This document shows positions 8,925 through 18,844 of a stretch of 64,000 bases of DNA, piece by piece. Location: positions 125,816-189,815 of the forward strand of contig JBMOQN010000035.1 in NCBI GenBank assembly GCA_049322835.1, written 5' to 3'. The translations under genes and the position numbers were made by a program. The notes under the pieces were generated by a model. That model did no database searches. It was not told where the DNA came from and was given only the letters and a program-made list of their open reading frames with translations. This DNA comes from Pseudomonadota bacterium (GTDB lineage Bacteria; Pseudomonadota; Gammaproteobacteria; Burkholderiales; Burkholderiaceae_C). Position 1 is the first letter of the stretch; each line of letters begins with the position of its first letter.

Positions 8925-9866
8925 TCAGGGCGACCTGAGACCGAGGCGCGTGTCGTAAGTCCGCTCCAGGCCTTCGTGCACCACCCGCAGCTGGATGCCC
9001 ACGCAGACATCCATCCCCGCCGTGGCGATGCCCGAAACACGCCCGCTGTCCGTCTGGAGCATCCAGCCTTCGGGCAGCACGCCGGAGCAACCCGCCTGCG
9101 CGTGCAGCCCGAACGACCAGCGGGCGTAGAGCAGGCCCAGCAGCGACTCGGTGAGCTCGGGCAGTGCGTCGACAGGCTGGCCCGCCACGAGATTCAGCGG
9201 TGCGTACGTGACGGCCTCGACCGGGGCCGCCACGGCAAGCGGCGCCAGCTCGCGCGTCGTGACGTGGTTCAGGCCGCCGCGGCGGAAGGTGGTGCGGATG
9301 CGTGGGGTGAAGGTGCCCGCGTCGCTGGGTATGCCGCTGATCTCGCCGCTGGCCGCATCCAGCGCCAGCCCGGCCGGCAGGCCGCCCAGCAGCTCGTAGG
9401 TGATCTGGTCGCCGGTCTCGGGGACCAGCCACTCGATCAGGGGCTGGTCGCTGAACGAGTAGGCCCAGGCGGCGGCGTTGGCGCCGACCTCGTAGCGCCA
9501 GGTGGTCTCTGGCGCCATCACGGTGAAGCTGGCGTTGGCGTCGATGTGGCCGCTGAAGCCGTCGACCGTGAGGCGGATGGTGGCCCGGAAGCTGCCGACC
9601 TCGTTGGCCTGGCCGGTGATGGCACAGGTGGCCACATCGAGCCGCAGGCCGTCTGGCAAGGCGCCGGCCGCGAGGGTGCATGTCGGGTCGTGGCCGTCGA
9701 GGCCGCCAATGCCGGGCAGCAGGTCGACCGGCGACCACAGGCCCACGGTGGTGGGCAGGTAGGCGAGGCTGAGCAGCAGGTCTTCTTCGGGGCTGCCACC
9801 ACCACAGGATGCCAGCGCAGCGGCCGTGGCCAGCAGGCCGGCCCTGGCGCGTGATCGGATCTTCAT
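8925..9866 (-). CDS. Lipoprotein with putative Ig (He_PIG-like) repeats
   Basis: LASC lipobox; three LPxG(L/W)xLxxxxxxIxG repeats. Confidence 0.8.
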   Translation of the reverse strand: MKIRSRARAGLLATAAALASCGGGSPEEDLLLSLAYLPTTVGLWSPVDLLPGIGGLDGHDPTCTLAAGALPDGLRLDVATCAITGQANEVGSFRATIRLTVDGFSGHIDANASFTVMAPETTWRYEVGANAAAWAYSFSDQPLIEWLVPETGDQITYELLGGLPAGLALDAASGEISGIPSDAGTFTPRIRTTFRRGGLNHVTTRELAPLAVAAPVEAVTYAPLNLVAGQPVDALPELTESLLGLLYARWSFGLHAQAGCSGVLPEGWMLQTDSGRVSGIATAGMDVCVGIQLRVVHEGLERTYDTRLGLRSP

Positions 9867-9912
9867 CGGTGGCCCCCAACGGCCCTGATCGGCCTCGGGG
9901 GGATTGTAGAAA

Positions 9913-9949
9913 CCGGCCCGCAGCCCCGAAGGGCGGTGCTGCGGGCCGG
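9913..9949 (-). terminator. Intrinsic terminator
   Basis: 12-bp stem CCGGCCCGCAGC/GCTGCGGGCCGG followed by TTTCT on the minus strand, just after the stop at 9968. Confidence 0.6.
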
Positions 9950-9967
9950 GTGCACTCACTCGTGCAT

Positions 9968-10477
9968 TCACTGGTGCAGCGACACCATGTGCGCCTGCGG
10001 CGGGTTGTTGGCCGACGAGGTGATGCTGACGACCACGTAGTAGCCGAACATCGCGAAGTTCAGCGGCGGCACGTTCACCGACACGTTGTTGATGGCGGCC
10101 GAGGCCGGGCTGACGACGCTCGCGATCACCGCGGTGGCACCGTTGGCCTTGCTCTTCGCGTACAGCGTGGCCACCACGCGGCCGCCCGCGGCGTCGCGGT
10201 ACTGCAGCGTCAGGTCGTTCCAGGCCGTCACCGGCGCGTTGAACGAGTCCAGCACGTTGCAGGTGTAGTGCAGGGTGCCGGCGTTTGGGTTGTTGGCGCG
10301 GATGAAGCCGCCGCCCACGTTGAACTGCGCCTGGCTCAGCGCCGCCGGGGTCGACGGCGTGCACGCGGTGGCCACGTGCTGCCAGTCGTCGGCGAACTGG
10401 GCCCGTGCGCTGCCGGCCGCCAGGGTGGCGGCCAGCGTCAGGGCCGACAGCGTCAGGGTGCGGGTGCTCTTTCTCAT
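9968..10477 (-). CDS. Secreted hypothetical beta-rich protein
   Basis: Sec signal ending ARA-Q; two Cys; host-like codon usage. Confidence 0.75.
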   Translation of the reverse strand: MRKSTRTLTLSALTLAATLAAGSARAQFADDWQHVATACTPSTPAALSQAQFNVGGGFIRANNPNAGTLHYTCNVLDSFNAPVTAWNDLTLQYRDAAGGRVVATLYAKSKANGATAVIASVVSPASAAINNVSVNVPPLNFAMFGYYVVVSITSSANNPPQAHMVSLHQ

Positions 10478-10576
10478 GATGACTCTCCGTGAAGTGGTGT
10501 GATGCGCCGGGCTCGCAAAAACGAGCGTCGGCACATGCAACGACGGAGAGCCCGGCCCGCGACCGGACAGGCGAAG

Positions 10577-11449
10577 TTAGGGGGCGTCGCCTGAGGTGGC
10601 GAAGAACCGCCCGATCCACTCGAAGTGCTGCGCCACGTTCAGCGCCGGGGCATGGCCGCAGCCGGGCACCTCGATCAGCTGGGCTTTCGGCCCGCGTTCG
10701 CGCATGGCCCGGGCCACCTCGGGCTCGAGCAGGTCGCTGGTTTCGCCGCGCAGGCACAGCACCGGGATGTCGAGCGAATCCCAGTGGGCCCACTGGTCGT
10801 AGTCGGTGGGGTGCTGCACGAACTGCTGCACCATCGCCGGGTCGTAGTGCGGCGTCACGCGGCCGTCGGGCAGGCGGCGTGTGGAGGTCTCGGTGAGGCG
10901 GCGCCACTGCGCGTCGCTCAGCCAGCCGTAAGGGGCGTAGACGGTGCGGAAGTACTGCTCGAGCTCACTCACTGCGCCGAAAGCCGGCGGGCTGCCAGCG
11001 TAGGCGCGGATGCGCTCGACCGCCGGCGGCGCGAGCCGCGGGCCGATGTCGTTGAGCACCAGGCGCGTGATGCGCCCGCGCAGCGTGGTGGCCGCGGCGC
11101 GCAGGCCGATGGCCCCGCCCATCGAGGTGCCGAGCCACCCCACGCGTTGCAGGCCGAGCTGGTCGAGCAGCGACACCGCGAGCCGCACGTAGAAGGCCAG
11201 GCAGTACTCGCTGGCCGGCTCGGGGCTCCATTGCGAAAGCCCGCGGCCGATGGTGTCGGGGCAGATGACGCGGTGGCCGCGCGCCGCCAGGTGGCCGGCG
11301 ATCTCGTCCATGTCGCGCCCGGTGCGGGCCAGGCCGTGCCAGGCGATGACCGGCCAGCGCTCGGGCGTGCCGGGGGCCGGGGCCCACTCGGTGAAGTGGA
11401 TCTCCCGGCCCTCGCAGGCCAGGTAGCGCGAGTCGAAGCCTGTCGTCAT
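10577..11449 (-). CDS. Alpha/beta hydrolase
   Basis: HGLAR, GTSMGG nucleophile elbow, GCGHAP. Confidence 0.9.
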   Translation of the reverse strand: MTTGFDSRYLACEGREIHFTEWAPAPGTPERWPVIAWHGLARTGRDMDEIAGHLAARGHRVICPDTIGRGLSQWSPEPASEYCLAFYVRLAVSLLDQLGLQRVGWLGTSMGGAIGLRAAATTLRGRITRLVLNDIGPRLAPPAVERIRAYAGSPPAFGAVSELEQYFRTVYAPYGWLSDAQWRRLTETSTRRLPDGRVTPHYDPAMVQQFVQHPTDYDQWAHWDSLDIPVLCLRGETSDLLEPEVARAMRERGPKAQLIEVPGCGHAPALNVAQHFEWIGRFFATSGDAP

Positions 11450-11478
11450 CACCGGCCGCCCTTCTCTTTGCTGCCGCT

Positions 11479-13602
11479 TCAGTCGGGGATGGTCAGCGTG
11501 TTGCCGCTGAAGCCGATCAGGTCGCCCGCGGCCGGGCTCATCTGGATCGGCGGCACGTTGGCGGCCGTGAGCGCGGGCGCTGCGCCGGTGACGCCACCGC
11601 GCGGCACGGTGCGCACCACCTGGCTCGGCGGCAGCGGCGCGCCGTGCTTGAGGTGCGCCCACATCGCGTCCATCGCGCGGTTGAAGTACACGTGCAGCGG
11701 GATGTAGCGGGTGTCGTAGCCCAGCAGCAGGCCGAAGGCGATGAACGAGTCGAAGTGCTGCGCGTTGGTGACCTCGACATAGCGCACGTTGGCCGCCTTG
11801 TCGCCCCAGCTCTGGTTCTTGGCGAACCAGGCGCGCGAGGCGTGGTTGACCGGCAGCAGGGCGTCGTCGCGGCCGGCCACGATGAGCGCCGGCTTGCCAC
11901 GCAGCCAGGCCTGCTGTTTCACCGAGTGGACACCGCCGCGCACGCGGTCGGACTGGGCCTTCAGGTCGCCCGTCAGCCGCTCACCGGTGACGGCGTCGCG
12001 CCCGGTGACCAGCGAGCGCTGGCACAAGGCGCCGTCGAGCGCGAAGTCGGCCAGCGCGCTGCTGGGGGAGGTGGCGAGGAAGTCCTGCTTCGCGCCGCCG
12101 AGCGAATCGTTGTAAACCACGTTGACGCCCGAGGTGGGGGGCACGCCGTTGCCGGTGGAGAACAGGCCCGCCTGCACCACGGCCAGCTGCGGGATCACGT
12201 TGCCGCTCGCGTCGGTGTTGGCGAAGCTGAAGCCGCAGAGGTTGTCGAGCACGCTGAAGCGGCCCGCCGCGTTCGTGTAGGTGACGGCGATCGCATTGGT
12301 GGCGAAGCGGTAGTGCGACTGCTGCAGGAAGTTGCTCTCGGGCTGCCAGCCGTAGGCGCGCAACTTGGCCAGCGCATCGTCGGCCTGCTCGGCCAGCGTG
12401 GCGCCGCTGACCAGGCCTTTGGCGGCCAGCGCGGCGCAGCGGTTCTGCGCCGAGGTGGTGTAGGCCGCGGGCCAGAAGGCCACGTGCACCGACAGGCCGG
12501 CCTGCGACGAGAGCAGCGCACAAGGCTGGTAGACGTTGGCGTAGGTGAAGTAGTCGGCCAGCGGCTTGCCAATGGTGGGGATGGTCGTCGCGCCCTGGCG
12601 GATCACCAGGCCCTGCACGTCGCGCGGCTGGGCGTTGGGCTCGCTCACCGCCACGCCGTCGATCAGGTCCTGCGTGTCGGCTTCAGCCGCCGCCAGCGCG
12701 GCGCCGCCGCCGTTCGACACGCTGCTGGCGATCACCAGCGTGTTGCGCGGCACGAAGCGCAGCTTGCCTTCGGCCGCCGGCGCACCGGCGAACTGCTTGT
12801 TGAGCACATAGAAGGCGAAGCGCACGGCACTGAGCGTGTGCTGGCCCCAGCTCTTCTCGGGGTTCTGCTGCGAGTGGGCGTGCTTGTAGGCCACGCGGTT
12901 GGGCGTGGCGGCGTTGAAGGCGGCGCGCTCGTCTTCGGTCAGGTGGGCCCTGAAGGCGGCCTCGCGGCCCAGGGCGATGGCGTCGCCCAGCGTGCCGTTG
13001 CGGGCGGTGACCTGGTTGGTCATCAGGTCGTGGAAGCCGTTGCCGCTACCTTTGTCGGCGTAGGCCACCGCGCAGCCGCGCTTCAGGCCCCAGTCACCGG
13101 CAGTGCCGATGGCGCCGTACACGCCGCGCGAGCCTGACGAGGTGGCGGTGACGATGCAGGGCTGGGCCGGGTCGAAGCTGTCGGGCACCTGCACCATCAG
13201 GGTCACGTTCTCCCAGCCGCGGCCATCGTCGGCCCAGGCGGTGTATTCGGTGCCGGCGATCTTGCCCTCGCCCAGCGTGTCGTTGCCGTCGGCATCGATG
13301 TTGGGGCCGTAGAACACACCGTAGCCGCCGCTGGGGGTGTAGTCGACCAGCGCGCGGTAGTTGGTGTGGATGGCGTTGCGGCGCAGCTCGGCCGGCGTGG
13401 GGTGCAGCGGGTCGACGAAGACGGGCGCGGCGCCCATCAGGCCGGTCTTGCCGAGGCCACCGGTGAGCAGGTCGTCGGTGACGCCGTCGTAGTGGACCTG
13501 GGTGATGGGGCCGCGCACGCCGTTGCCGATGGGCGGCGTGGCGAGGGCGGTTCCGCAGGCCAGCATCGCGGCGGCAGCCAGCAGGGTGTTGCGTCGAATC
13601 AC
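11479..13602 (-). CDS. D-(-)-3-hydroxybutyrate oligomer hydrolase (secreted)
   Basis: Signal peptide; YDGVTDDLLTGGLG, SSGSRGVYGAIG, ASSVSNGG, NAQHFD; GTG start overlaps the upstream stop. Confidence 0.9.
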   Translation of the reverse strand: MIRRNTLLAAAAMLACGTALATPPIGNGVRGPITQVHYDGVTDDLLTGGLGKTGLMGAAPVFVDPLHPTPAELRRNAIHTNYRALVDYTPSGGYGVFYGPNIDADGNDTLGEGKIAGTEYTAWADDGRGWENVTLMVQVPDSFDPAQPCIVTATSSGSRGVYGAIGTAGDWGLKRGCAVAYADKGSGNGFHDLMTNQVTARNGTLGDAIALGREAAFRAHLTEDERAAFNAATPNRVAYKHAHSQQNPEKSWGQHTLSAVRFAFYVLNKQFAGAPAAEGKLRFVPRNTLVIASSVSNGGGAALAAAEADTQDLIDGVAVSEPNAQPRDVQGLVIRQGATTIPTIGKPLADYFTYANVYQPCALLSSQAGLSVHVAFWPAAYTTSAQNRCAALAAKGLVSGATLAEQADDALAKLRAYGWQPESNFLQQSHYRFATNAIAVTYTNAAGRFSVLDNLCGFSFANTDASGNVIPQLAVVQAGLFSTGNGVPPTSGVNVVYNDSLGGAKQDFLATSPSSALADFALDGALCQRSLVTGRDAVTGERLTGDLKAQSDRVRGGVHSVKQQAWLRGKPALIVAGRDDALLPVNHASRAWFAKNQSWGDKAANVRYVEVTNAQHFDSFIAFGLLLGYDTRYIPLHVYFNRAMDAMWAHLKHGAPLPPSQVVRTVPRGGVTGAAPALTAANVPPIQMSPAAGDLIGFSGNTLTIPD

Positions 13603-14711
13603 TGCTTCTCTCCTCGGGTCGCCTTGTTGGAATGCCCCGAGGCACGCAGGCGACCCACCACGCCGCTCGGGAAGTAATACACACAGAGCACGAAGCCCAG
13701 GCCCAGCCAGAGCAGCCAACGCTCGGGCGAGACCAGCGCCTGCAGCACTGGCACGCCGGCGACGAGGCCGCCCTCGCCGCCCAGCCACTTCAGCGCGTCC
13801 TGCAGGTAGTTCTGGGCGAAGACGAAGAGCACGCTGCCGATGACCGCGCCGTAGAGCGTGCCCATGCCGCCGATCACCACGATCAGCAGCACGTCGAGCA
13901 TCACCTCGAAGCCGAGCGTGGTCTCGGGCCCGGTGTAGCGCAGCCACAGCGCCAGCAGGCCGCCGGCCAGCGTGGCGAAGCCGGCCGAGACCACGTTGCT
14001 GAGCGTGCGGTAGGCGACCGTGCGGTAGCCGATGGCTTCGGCGCGGAAGTCGTTCTCGCGGATGGCCTGCAGCACGCGGCCGAAGGGCGAGTTGACGATG
14101 CGCAGCAGCACCAGGAAGCTGAGCAGCACCACCCCCAGCAGCCCGTAGTAGGCGATGACCTTGCCGTCGATCATCAGGCCGAACACCGGGGTCTCGAAGG
14201 GCTCGAACGAGGGCGACAGCAGCGCCGGCACCTTGAAGCTCAGGCCGTCTTCGCCCCCGGTGAGCTCGCTGAGCTGCGAGGCCAGGGTCTGGAAGGCCGC
14301 CGCCACCGCGAGCGTGATCATGGCGAAGAAGATCGCCTTGACCCGCAGGCTGAACAGGCCGACCACGAGGCTCAAGGCCAGCGACAGCAGCAGCGCCACG
14401 CCGAAGCCGGCCGCCACCGCGGCCCAGCCCACGCCGTCGTCACCCGCACCGCGCGTGCAGCCGATGGCCACGCCATAGGCCCCGATGCCGAAGAACATGG
14501 TGTGAGCGAAGCTGACGATGCCGGTGTAGCCCAGCAGCAGGTCGTAGCTGGCCACCAGCAGCACGAAGACCAGCATCTTGGCCGCCACGTTGAGCGCCTT
14601 GGCGCCGGGGAAGAGGAAGGGCTCGATCGCCAGCAGCGCGAGCACCAGCACGAGCGCGACGGCCAGCGCGCGGCTGCGCGGCAGGTCGTGGGAGAGGAGT
14701 CGGTTCAACAT
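13599..14711 (-). CDS. Liv-type (HAAT) ABC transporter permease, LivM-like
   Basis: LLGYTGIVSFAH, TGGEDG, SPFGRVLQAIREN. Confidence 0.92.
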   Translation of the reverse strand: MLNRLLSHDLPRSRALAVALVLVLALLAIEPFLFPGAKALNVAAKMLVFVLLVASYDLLLGYTGIVSFAHTMFFGIGAYGVAIGCTRGAGDDGVGWAAVAAGFGVALLLSLALSLVVGLFSLRVKAIFFAMITLAVAAAFQTLASQLSELTGGEDGLSFKVPALLSPSFEPFETPVFGLMIDGKVIAYYGLLGVVLLSFLVLLRIVNSPFGRVLQAIRENDFRAEAIGYRTVAYRTLSNVVSAGFATLAGGLLALWLRYTGPETTLGFEVMLDVLLIVVIGGMGTLYGAVIGSVLFVFAQNYLQDALKWLGGEGGLVAGVPVLQALVSPERWLLWLGLGFVLCVYYFPSGVVGRLRASGHSNKATRGEKQ

Positions 14712-14727
14712 GGGAAGCGGCCTCACT

Positions 14728-15729
14728 TCAGCGGTTCGTGACGGGGTACAACCCCCGCGGCCGCCACAGCAGCACCGCGACCATCAGCCCGATGTTGGAG
14801 AACAGCGCCAGCTTGGGCGCGAGGAAGCCGGTGTAGTTGGCCATCAGGCCCACCAGCAGCGCGCCGACGAAGCAGCCCAGGGTGCTTCCCAGCCCGCCGA
14901 TGATGATGACGATGAACAGCAGGGTGTTCACCTGCGCGCCGATCTGCGGCACCACGCTCTGCTGGTACAGGCCCCACAGCACGCCGCCCAGCCCCGCCAG
15001 CGCCGAGCCGGCCACGAACACGCCGACGAACAGGCGCCGGATGCGGTAGCCGAGCGACTCGACCATCTCGCGGTCCTGCACGCCTGCGCGCACCAGCAGG
15101 CCGAGCTTGGTGCGGTTGAGCGCCCACAGCAGCGCCGCGAACACCACCGCGCCGATGCCCACCGCGAACAGGCGGTAGACCTCGATCGCCGCGTCGCCGA
15201 CGAACACCGCGCCCTGCAATGCGGCGGGCAGCGGCAGCGGGATCTGCGCTGGGCCCCAGAGCACCTTGATGAGCTCTTCGCCGACGATCATGCCGCCCAT
15301 GGTGATGAGGATCTGCTTCAGGTGCTGGCCGTAGACCGGCCGCACCACCACCCGCTCGAAGGCCCAGCCCAGCGCGCCAGCCACGGCCATGGCGGCCAGC
15401 ATCGCGGCGAAGACTGCGGCCAGGTTCTGCCAGGCCGAGGCGCTGCCGGTCCAGTCGGCCATGCCGCCCATCACGCTGGTGGCCACGAAGGCGCCGAAGG
15501 CGATGAACACGCCGTGGCCGAAGTTCAGCACGTCCATCAGGCCGAAGACGAGCGTCAGGCCCGAGGCGATGACGAACACGATCAGCCCCATCGCCAGGCC
15601 GGCGACGGTGAGCGTGAGCCAGGTGGAGCCGGAGCCGACGAGTGGCAGCGCGGCCAGCGCCAGCGCGGCCACCAGCGCGAGCGGGATCCAGTCGAAGCGG
15701 GCCTGGGGAATGGTGGTCGCTCCGCTCAT
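14728..15729 (-). CDS. Liv-type ABC transporter permease, LivH-like
   Basis: GLTLVFGLMDVLNFGHG, IIIGGLGS. Confidence 0.92.
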   Translation of the reverse strand: MSGATTIPQARFDWIPLALVAALALAALPLVGSGSTWLTLTVAGLAMGLIVFVIASGLTLVFGLMDVLNFGHGVFIAFGAFVATSVMGGMADWTGSASAWQNLAAVFAAMLAAMAVAGALGWAFERVVVRPVYGQHLKQILITMGGMIVGEELIKVLWGPAQIPLPLPAALQGAVFVGDAAIEVYRLFAVGIGAVVFAALLWALNRTKLGLLVRAGVQDREMVESLGYRIRRLFVGVFVAGSALAGLGGVLWGLYQQSVVPQIGAQVNTLLFIVIIIGGLGSTLGCFVGALLVGLMANYTGFLAPKLALFSNIGLMVAVLLWRPRGLYPVTNR

Positions 15730-16475
15730 TGATGCACCCCCAGTGACAGCCCCAGCAGCTTCTGCTGCAGCGTGTCGTCGGCCGCCAGCTCGGCCATCGG
15801 GCCGGCGTGCACCACGCGGCCGTCGTCCATCACCGCGACGTGGTCGCCCAGGGCCTTGGCCATCATGAAGTTCTGCTCGACGAGGAGGATGGTGGTGCGC
15901 TGGCGCTTCAGCTCGGCGAAGGCCGCCACCAGGTTCTGCACGATGGCCGGCGCCAGGCCCTTGCTCGGCTCGTCGACCAGCAGCAGCGCACGCGGCTCGA
16001 CGATGGCGCGCGCCACGGCCAGCATCTGCTTCTGCCCGCCGCTGAGCTTGCCGGCCGGGTAGAGCCAGAACTTGTGCAGCGCGGGGAAGAGGCCGAAGAG
16101 CCAGTCGAGCCGCGCGCGGTCGAGGTCGGCCTCGCGGCGCGCGGCGCGGGCGGCCAGCAGCAGGTTTTCCTTCACCGTGAGGTCGGTGAAGATGCCCATG
16201 CTCTCGGGCACGTAGGCGATGCCGCGCCGGGCGATCTCGGGCGTGCCGCGCTGGCCGCCGGGGCCGCCGATGGCCTCGCCCTGGAAGCGCACGCTGCCGG
16301 CCGAGGCGGCCCACAGGCCCATGATCGTGCGCAGCGTGGTGGTCTTGCCGGCGCCGTTGCGGCCCAGCAGCATGGTCACCTGGCCCTCGGGCACGGCCAG
16401 GTCCACGCCGTGGAGGATGTGGTACGCGCCGATGTGGGTGTGCACGCCTGAGAGTTCGAGAAGGCCTCCAGTCAT
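15726..16475 (-). CDS. Liv-type ABC ATP-binding protein, LivF-like
   Basis: GRNGAGKTT, LSGGQKQ, DEPSKGLAP. Confidence 0.93.
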   Translation of the reverse strand: MTGGLLELSGVHTHIGAYHILHGVDLAVPEGQVTMLLGRNGAGKTTTLRTIMGLWAASAGSVRFQGEAIGGPGGQRGTPEIARRGIAYVPESMGIFTDLTVKENLLLAARAARREADLDRARLDWLFGLFPALHKFWLYPAGKLSGGQKQMLAVARAIVEPRALLLVDEPSKGLAPAIVQNLVAAFAELKRQRTTILLVEQNFMMAKALGDHVAVMDDGRVVHAGPMAELAADDTLQQKLLGLSLGVHQ

Positions 16476-17230
16476 GCGGCCTCCACCATCGGCGCCGTGC
16501 CCAGGTAGGCTTGTTGCACGATGTCGCTCGCGATCACCGCGCCCGGTTCGCCGTCGGCCACCAGCGCACCGTTGTGCAGCACCACGATGCGGTCGGCCAG
16601 CTCGCGCACCACGTCCATCTTGTGCTCGACGAGCAGGATGGTGCGGTCCTGGCGCTGCTTGAGCTGGCGGATCAGGCCGAGCACCACCGGCACTTCGTCG
16701 ACGCTCATGCCGGCGGTGGGCTCGTCGAACATGTAGACCCGCGGGTCCAGCGCCATCAGCAGCGCCACCTCGAGCTTGCGCTGGTCGCCGTGCGGCAGGC
16801 TGGCGGCCGGCGCATCGCGCCGCTCCAGCAGGCGCACGGTGGCCAGGATCTCGCGCGCCTCCTCGATCCAGTCCCGGCGATCGAGCCACACCTGCCACAG
16901 GTTCATGCCGCCGCCGTGGCGCGACTGCACCGCCAGGCGCACGTTCTCGATCACGCTCAGTTGCGGGAACAGCTGCGTCAGCTGGAAGGCCCGGCCCAGC
17001 CCGCGCCGCGTGCGCAGCGGCGCGGGCAGGCGGGTGATGTCCATGCCGTCCAGCAGCACCTGGCCCTCGCTGGCCGGCAACTGCCCCGAGATCAGGTTGA
17101 AGTAGGTCGTCTTGCCGGCGCCGTTGGGGCCGACGATGGCGGTCAGCGTGCCCGGCGCGAAGGCGCAGGACACGTGGTCGACCGCCACGTGGCCGCCGAA
17201 GCGGATGGTGAGATTGCGCGTTTCGAGCAT
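16472..17230 (-). CDS. Liv-type ABC ATP-binding protein, LivG-like
   Basis: GPNGAGKTT, LPHGDQRKLE, DEPTAGM. Confidence 0.93.
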   Translation of the reverse strand: MLETRNLTIRFGGHVAVDHVSCAFAPGTLTAIVGPNGAGKTTYFNLISGQLPASEGQVLLDGMDITRLPAPLRTRRGLGRAFQLTQLFPQLSVIENVRLAVQSRHGGGMNLWQVWLDRRDWIEEAREILATVRLLERRDAPAASLPHGDQRKLEVALLMALDPRVYMFDEPTAGMSVDEVPVVLGLIRQLKQRQDRTILLVEHKMDVVRELADRIVVLHNGALVADGEPGAVIASDIVQQAYLGTAPMVEAA

Positions 17231-17245
17231 TCAGGTCGGTTCAGG

Positions 17246-18730
17246 TCAGGGACACGTGCCGATGACAAAGTAGTCCGGCGCGGTCTGCTTCAGCGTGGTG
17301 CTGGTGTAGATGTTCCACAGGCCCATGTTCTGGTTCGAGCCCTTGGCATAGGTGTAGCCCCAGCTCGCGTAGGCGCGGCCGGCCACGGTGTGGGCGTAGT
17401 TGCTGGCGGTGAAGCAGGTGGCGGGGCTGCCGGTGGTGGTGCCGCTGGCGGGTGACGACATCGCACCCTGCGCGCCGTTCGAATCCACGGCCGCCACTGT
17501 CCACGAATAGGTGGTGCCCGGGGCGAGGCCGGTGTCGGTGTAGCTCGTGGCGCCCACCAGCCCGGCGTTGACCTGGCCACCGTTGCGGAACACGTTGTAG
17601 CCGGCCGCGCCGCTCACCGCATTCCAGGCGATCGCCATGCTGGTGTTGGTGGCGTTCGAGGTGCCCACGCCGGTGGGCGCCGGCAGCGCGCCGCCGCCCC
17701 CGCCACCCGAGCCGGAGGACACGTGGTCGACCATGGCCTTGATGGCGGTCACCTGCGTGCCGGCCTTGCGCGCGAAGTTGCTGCCGTACCAGCCCACCCA
17801 GTCCCAGCACCCGTTGGGGTTGGGCAGGCTGCCGCTGGCGGCCGTCTGGCGGCTGGTGGAATCGACCTTGGCCTGCGGGAACAGCACGACGATGCTGTTG
17901 GTGTCGGCCCAGCGGGTGTAGCCGGTGTTCTTGATGAACTTGTCGCCGATGGTGGCGTAGGTCTGCTGGCAGCCGTGCAACGCCACGTGCACCTTGCAGC
18001 TGGCGCCGCTGCTGCAGTTGGCCGGCACATAGGCCCAGCCGTTGGCAGCCATGCCCGGGTTGCCGGCGGTGAACGGCGTCTGGTCGAACTCGATGTAGTT
18101 GCCGGCCGCTGGTGCGTTGTTGCGCGCGTTCAGCGAGCCGTAGAAGTGGCTGAGCACGGCCTTGGCGCCGTCGTAGCTGCAGTTGGCGATGTAGGGCGAA
18201 GCGCTGCTGCCGCAGCTGTTGTTGCCGGTGGCGTCGAAGTCGGTCGGGAAGACATGCGCTGTGCCGCTGCGCTGCACGTAGACCTTGTTGGCCGCCGGCA
18301 CGCCGTTGTTGGCGTACTGGGTGTTGGCGGCGTTCATCGGGTTGGGCCCGACGGTGTAGTCGCTGGTGCCGACGAAGAGGTAGACCTTCTGGCTGGCGAC
18401 GTTGGCCAGCGAATCGATGCTGGTGTCGCTCCAGTTGTTGAGGTCGGCCTGCATCGTGTTGAGCATGCTGCTCGTGATGCTGGCGTTGTACATGCAGGCG
18501 GTGTAGTTGCTGTGGCCGGCGCACATGTAGGGCCCGGCTGCGAACACCCCCACCCCCTTGAAGGTGGCCGAGTGGGCGTAGCCGAGCTGGTTGGCCATGA
18601 AGCCGCCCGAGGACAAGCCCGACACGGTTGTCTGGTTCTTGTCGATGTTGAGCTTGGGCAGGGGCACGGCGGCGTGAGATGCCGTCGCGGCCATCAGCCC
18701 GGCCACGAAAACAAGTCGTTCAAATCGCAT
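17246..18730 (-). CDS. phaZ: Extracellular PHB depolymerase (type II catalytic domain, Fn3 linker, substrate-binding domain)
   Basis: Signal peptide; lipase box GLSSG near the N-terminus, ALHGCQQ, NPNGCWDW, Fn3 domain, C-terminal CFTASNYAHTVAGRAY...GTCP. Confidence 0.92.
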   Translation of the reverse strand: MRFERLVFVAGLMAATASHAAVPLPKLNIDKNQTTVSGLSSGGFMANQLGYAHSATFKGVGVFAAGPYMCAGHSNYTACMYNASITSSMLNTMQADLNNWSDTSIDSLANVASQKVYLFVGTSDYTVGPNPMNAANTQYANNGVPAANKVYVQRSGTAHVFPTDFDATGNNSCGSSASPYIANCSYDGAKAVLSHFYGSLNARNNAPAAGNYIEFDQTPFTAGNPGMAANGWAYVPANCSSGASCKVHVALHGCQQTYATIGDKFIKNTGYTRWADTNSIVVLFPQAKVDSTSRQTAASGSLPNPNGCWDWVGWYGSNFARKAGTQVTAIKAMVDHVSSGSGGGGGGALPAPTGVGTSNATNTSMAIAWNAVSGAAGYNVFRNGGQVNAGLVGATSYTDTGLAPGTTYSWTVAAVDSNGAQGAMSSPASGTTTGSPATCFTASNYAHTVAGRAYASWGYTYAKGSNQNMGLWNIYTSTTLKQTAPDYFVIGTCP

Positions 18731-18782
18731 GACACGTCTCCTCCTGCCACGACAGTGGCATGGACTCTTGAAACTCATGCTG

Positions 18783-18805
18783 GAGCCCCCGCTTGGAGGG
18801 GGCTC
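18783..18805. promoter_or_regulatory. Intergenic stem-loop after the SBP gene (possible mRNA-stabilising hairpin or attenuator)
   Basis: GAGCCCCC-N7-GGGGGCTC. Confidence 0.4.
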
Positions 18806-18844
18806 GGGGGAGCGAAATGGACGCGGCTTGCCGCAGCCGGCGCC

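Noticed and set aside
13599-17230. Assigning livGFHM gene symbols and branched-chain amino acid specificity
   Set aside because: The family is clear, but context points to PHB breakdown products, so symbols were withheld.
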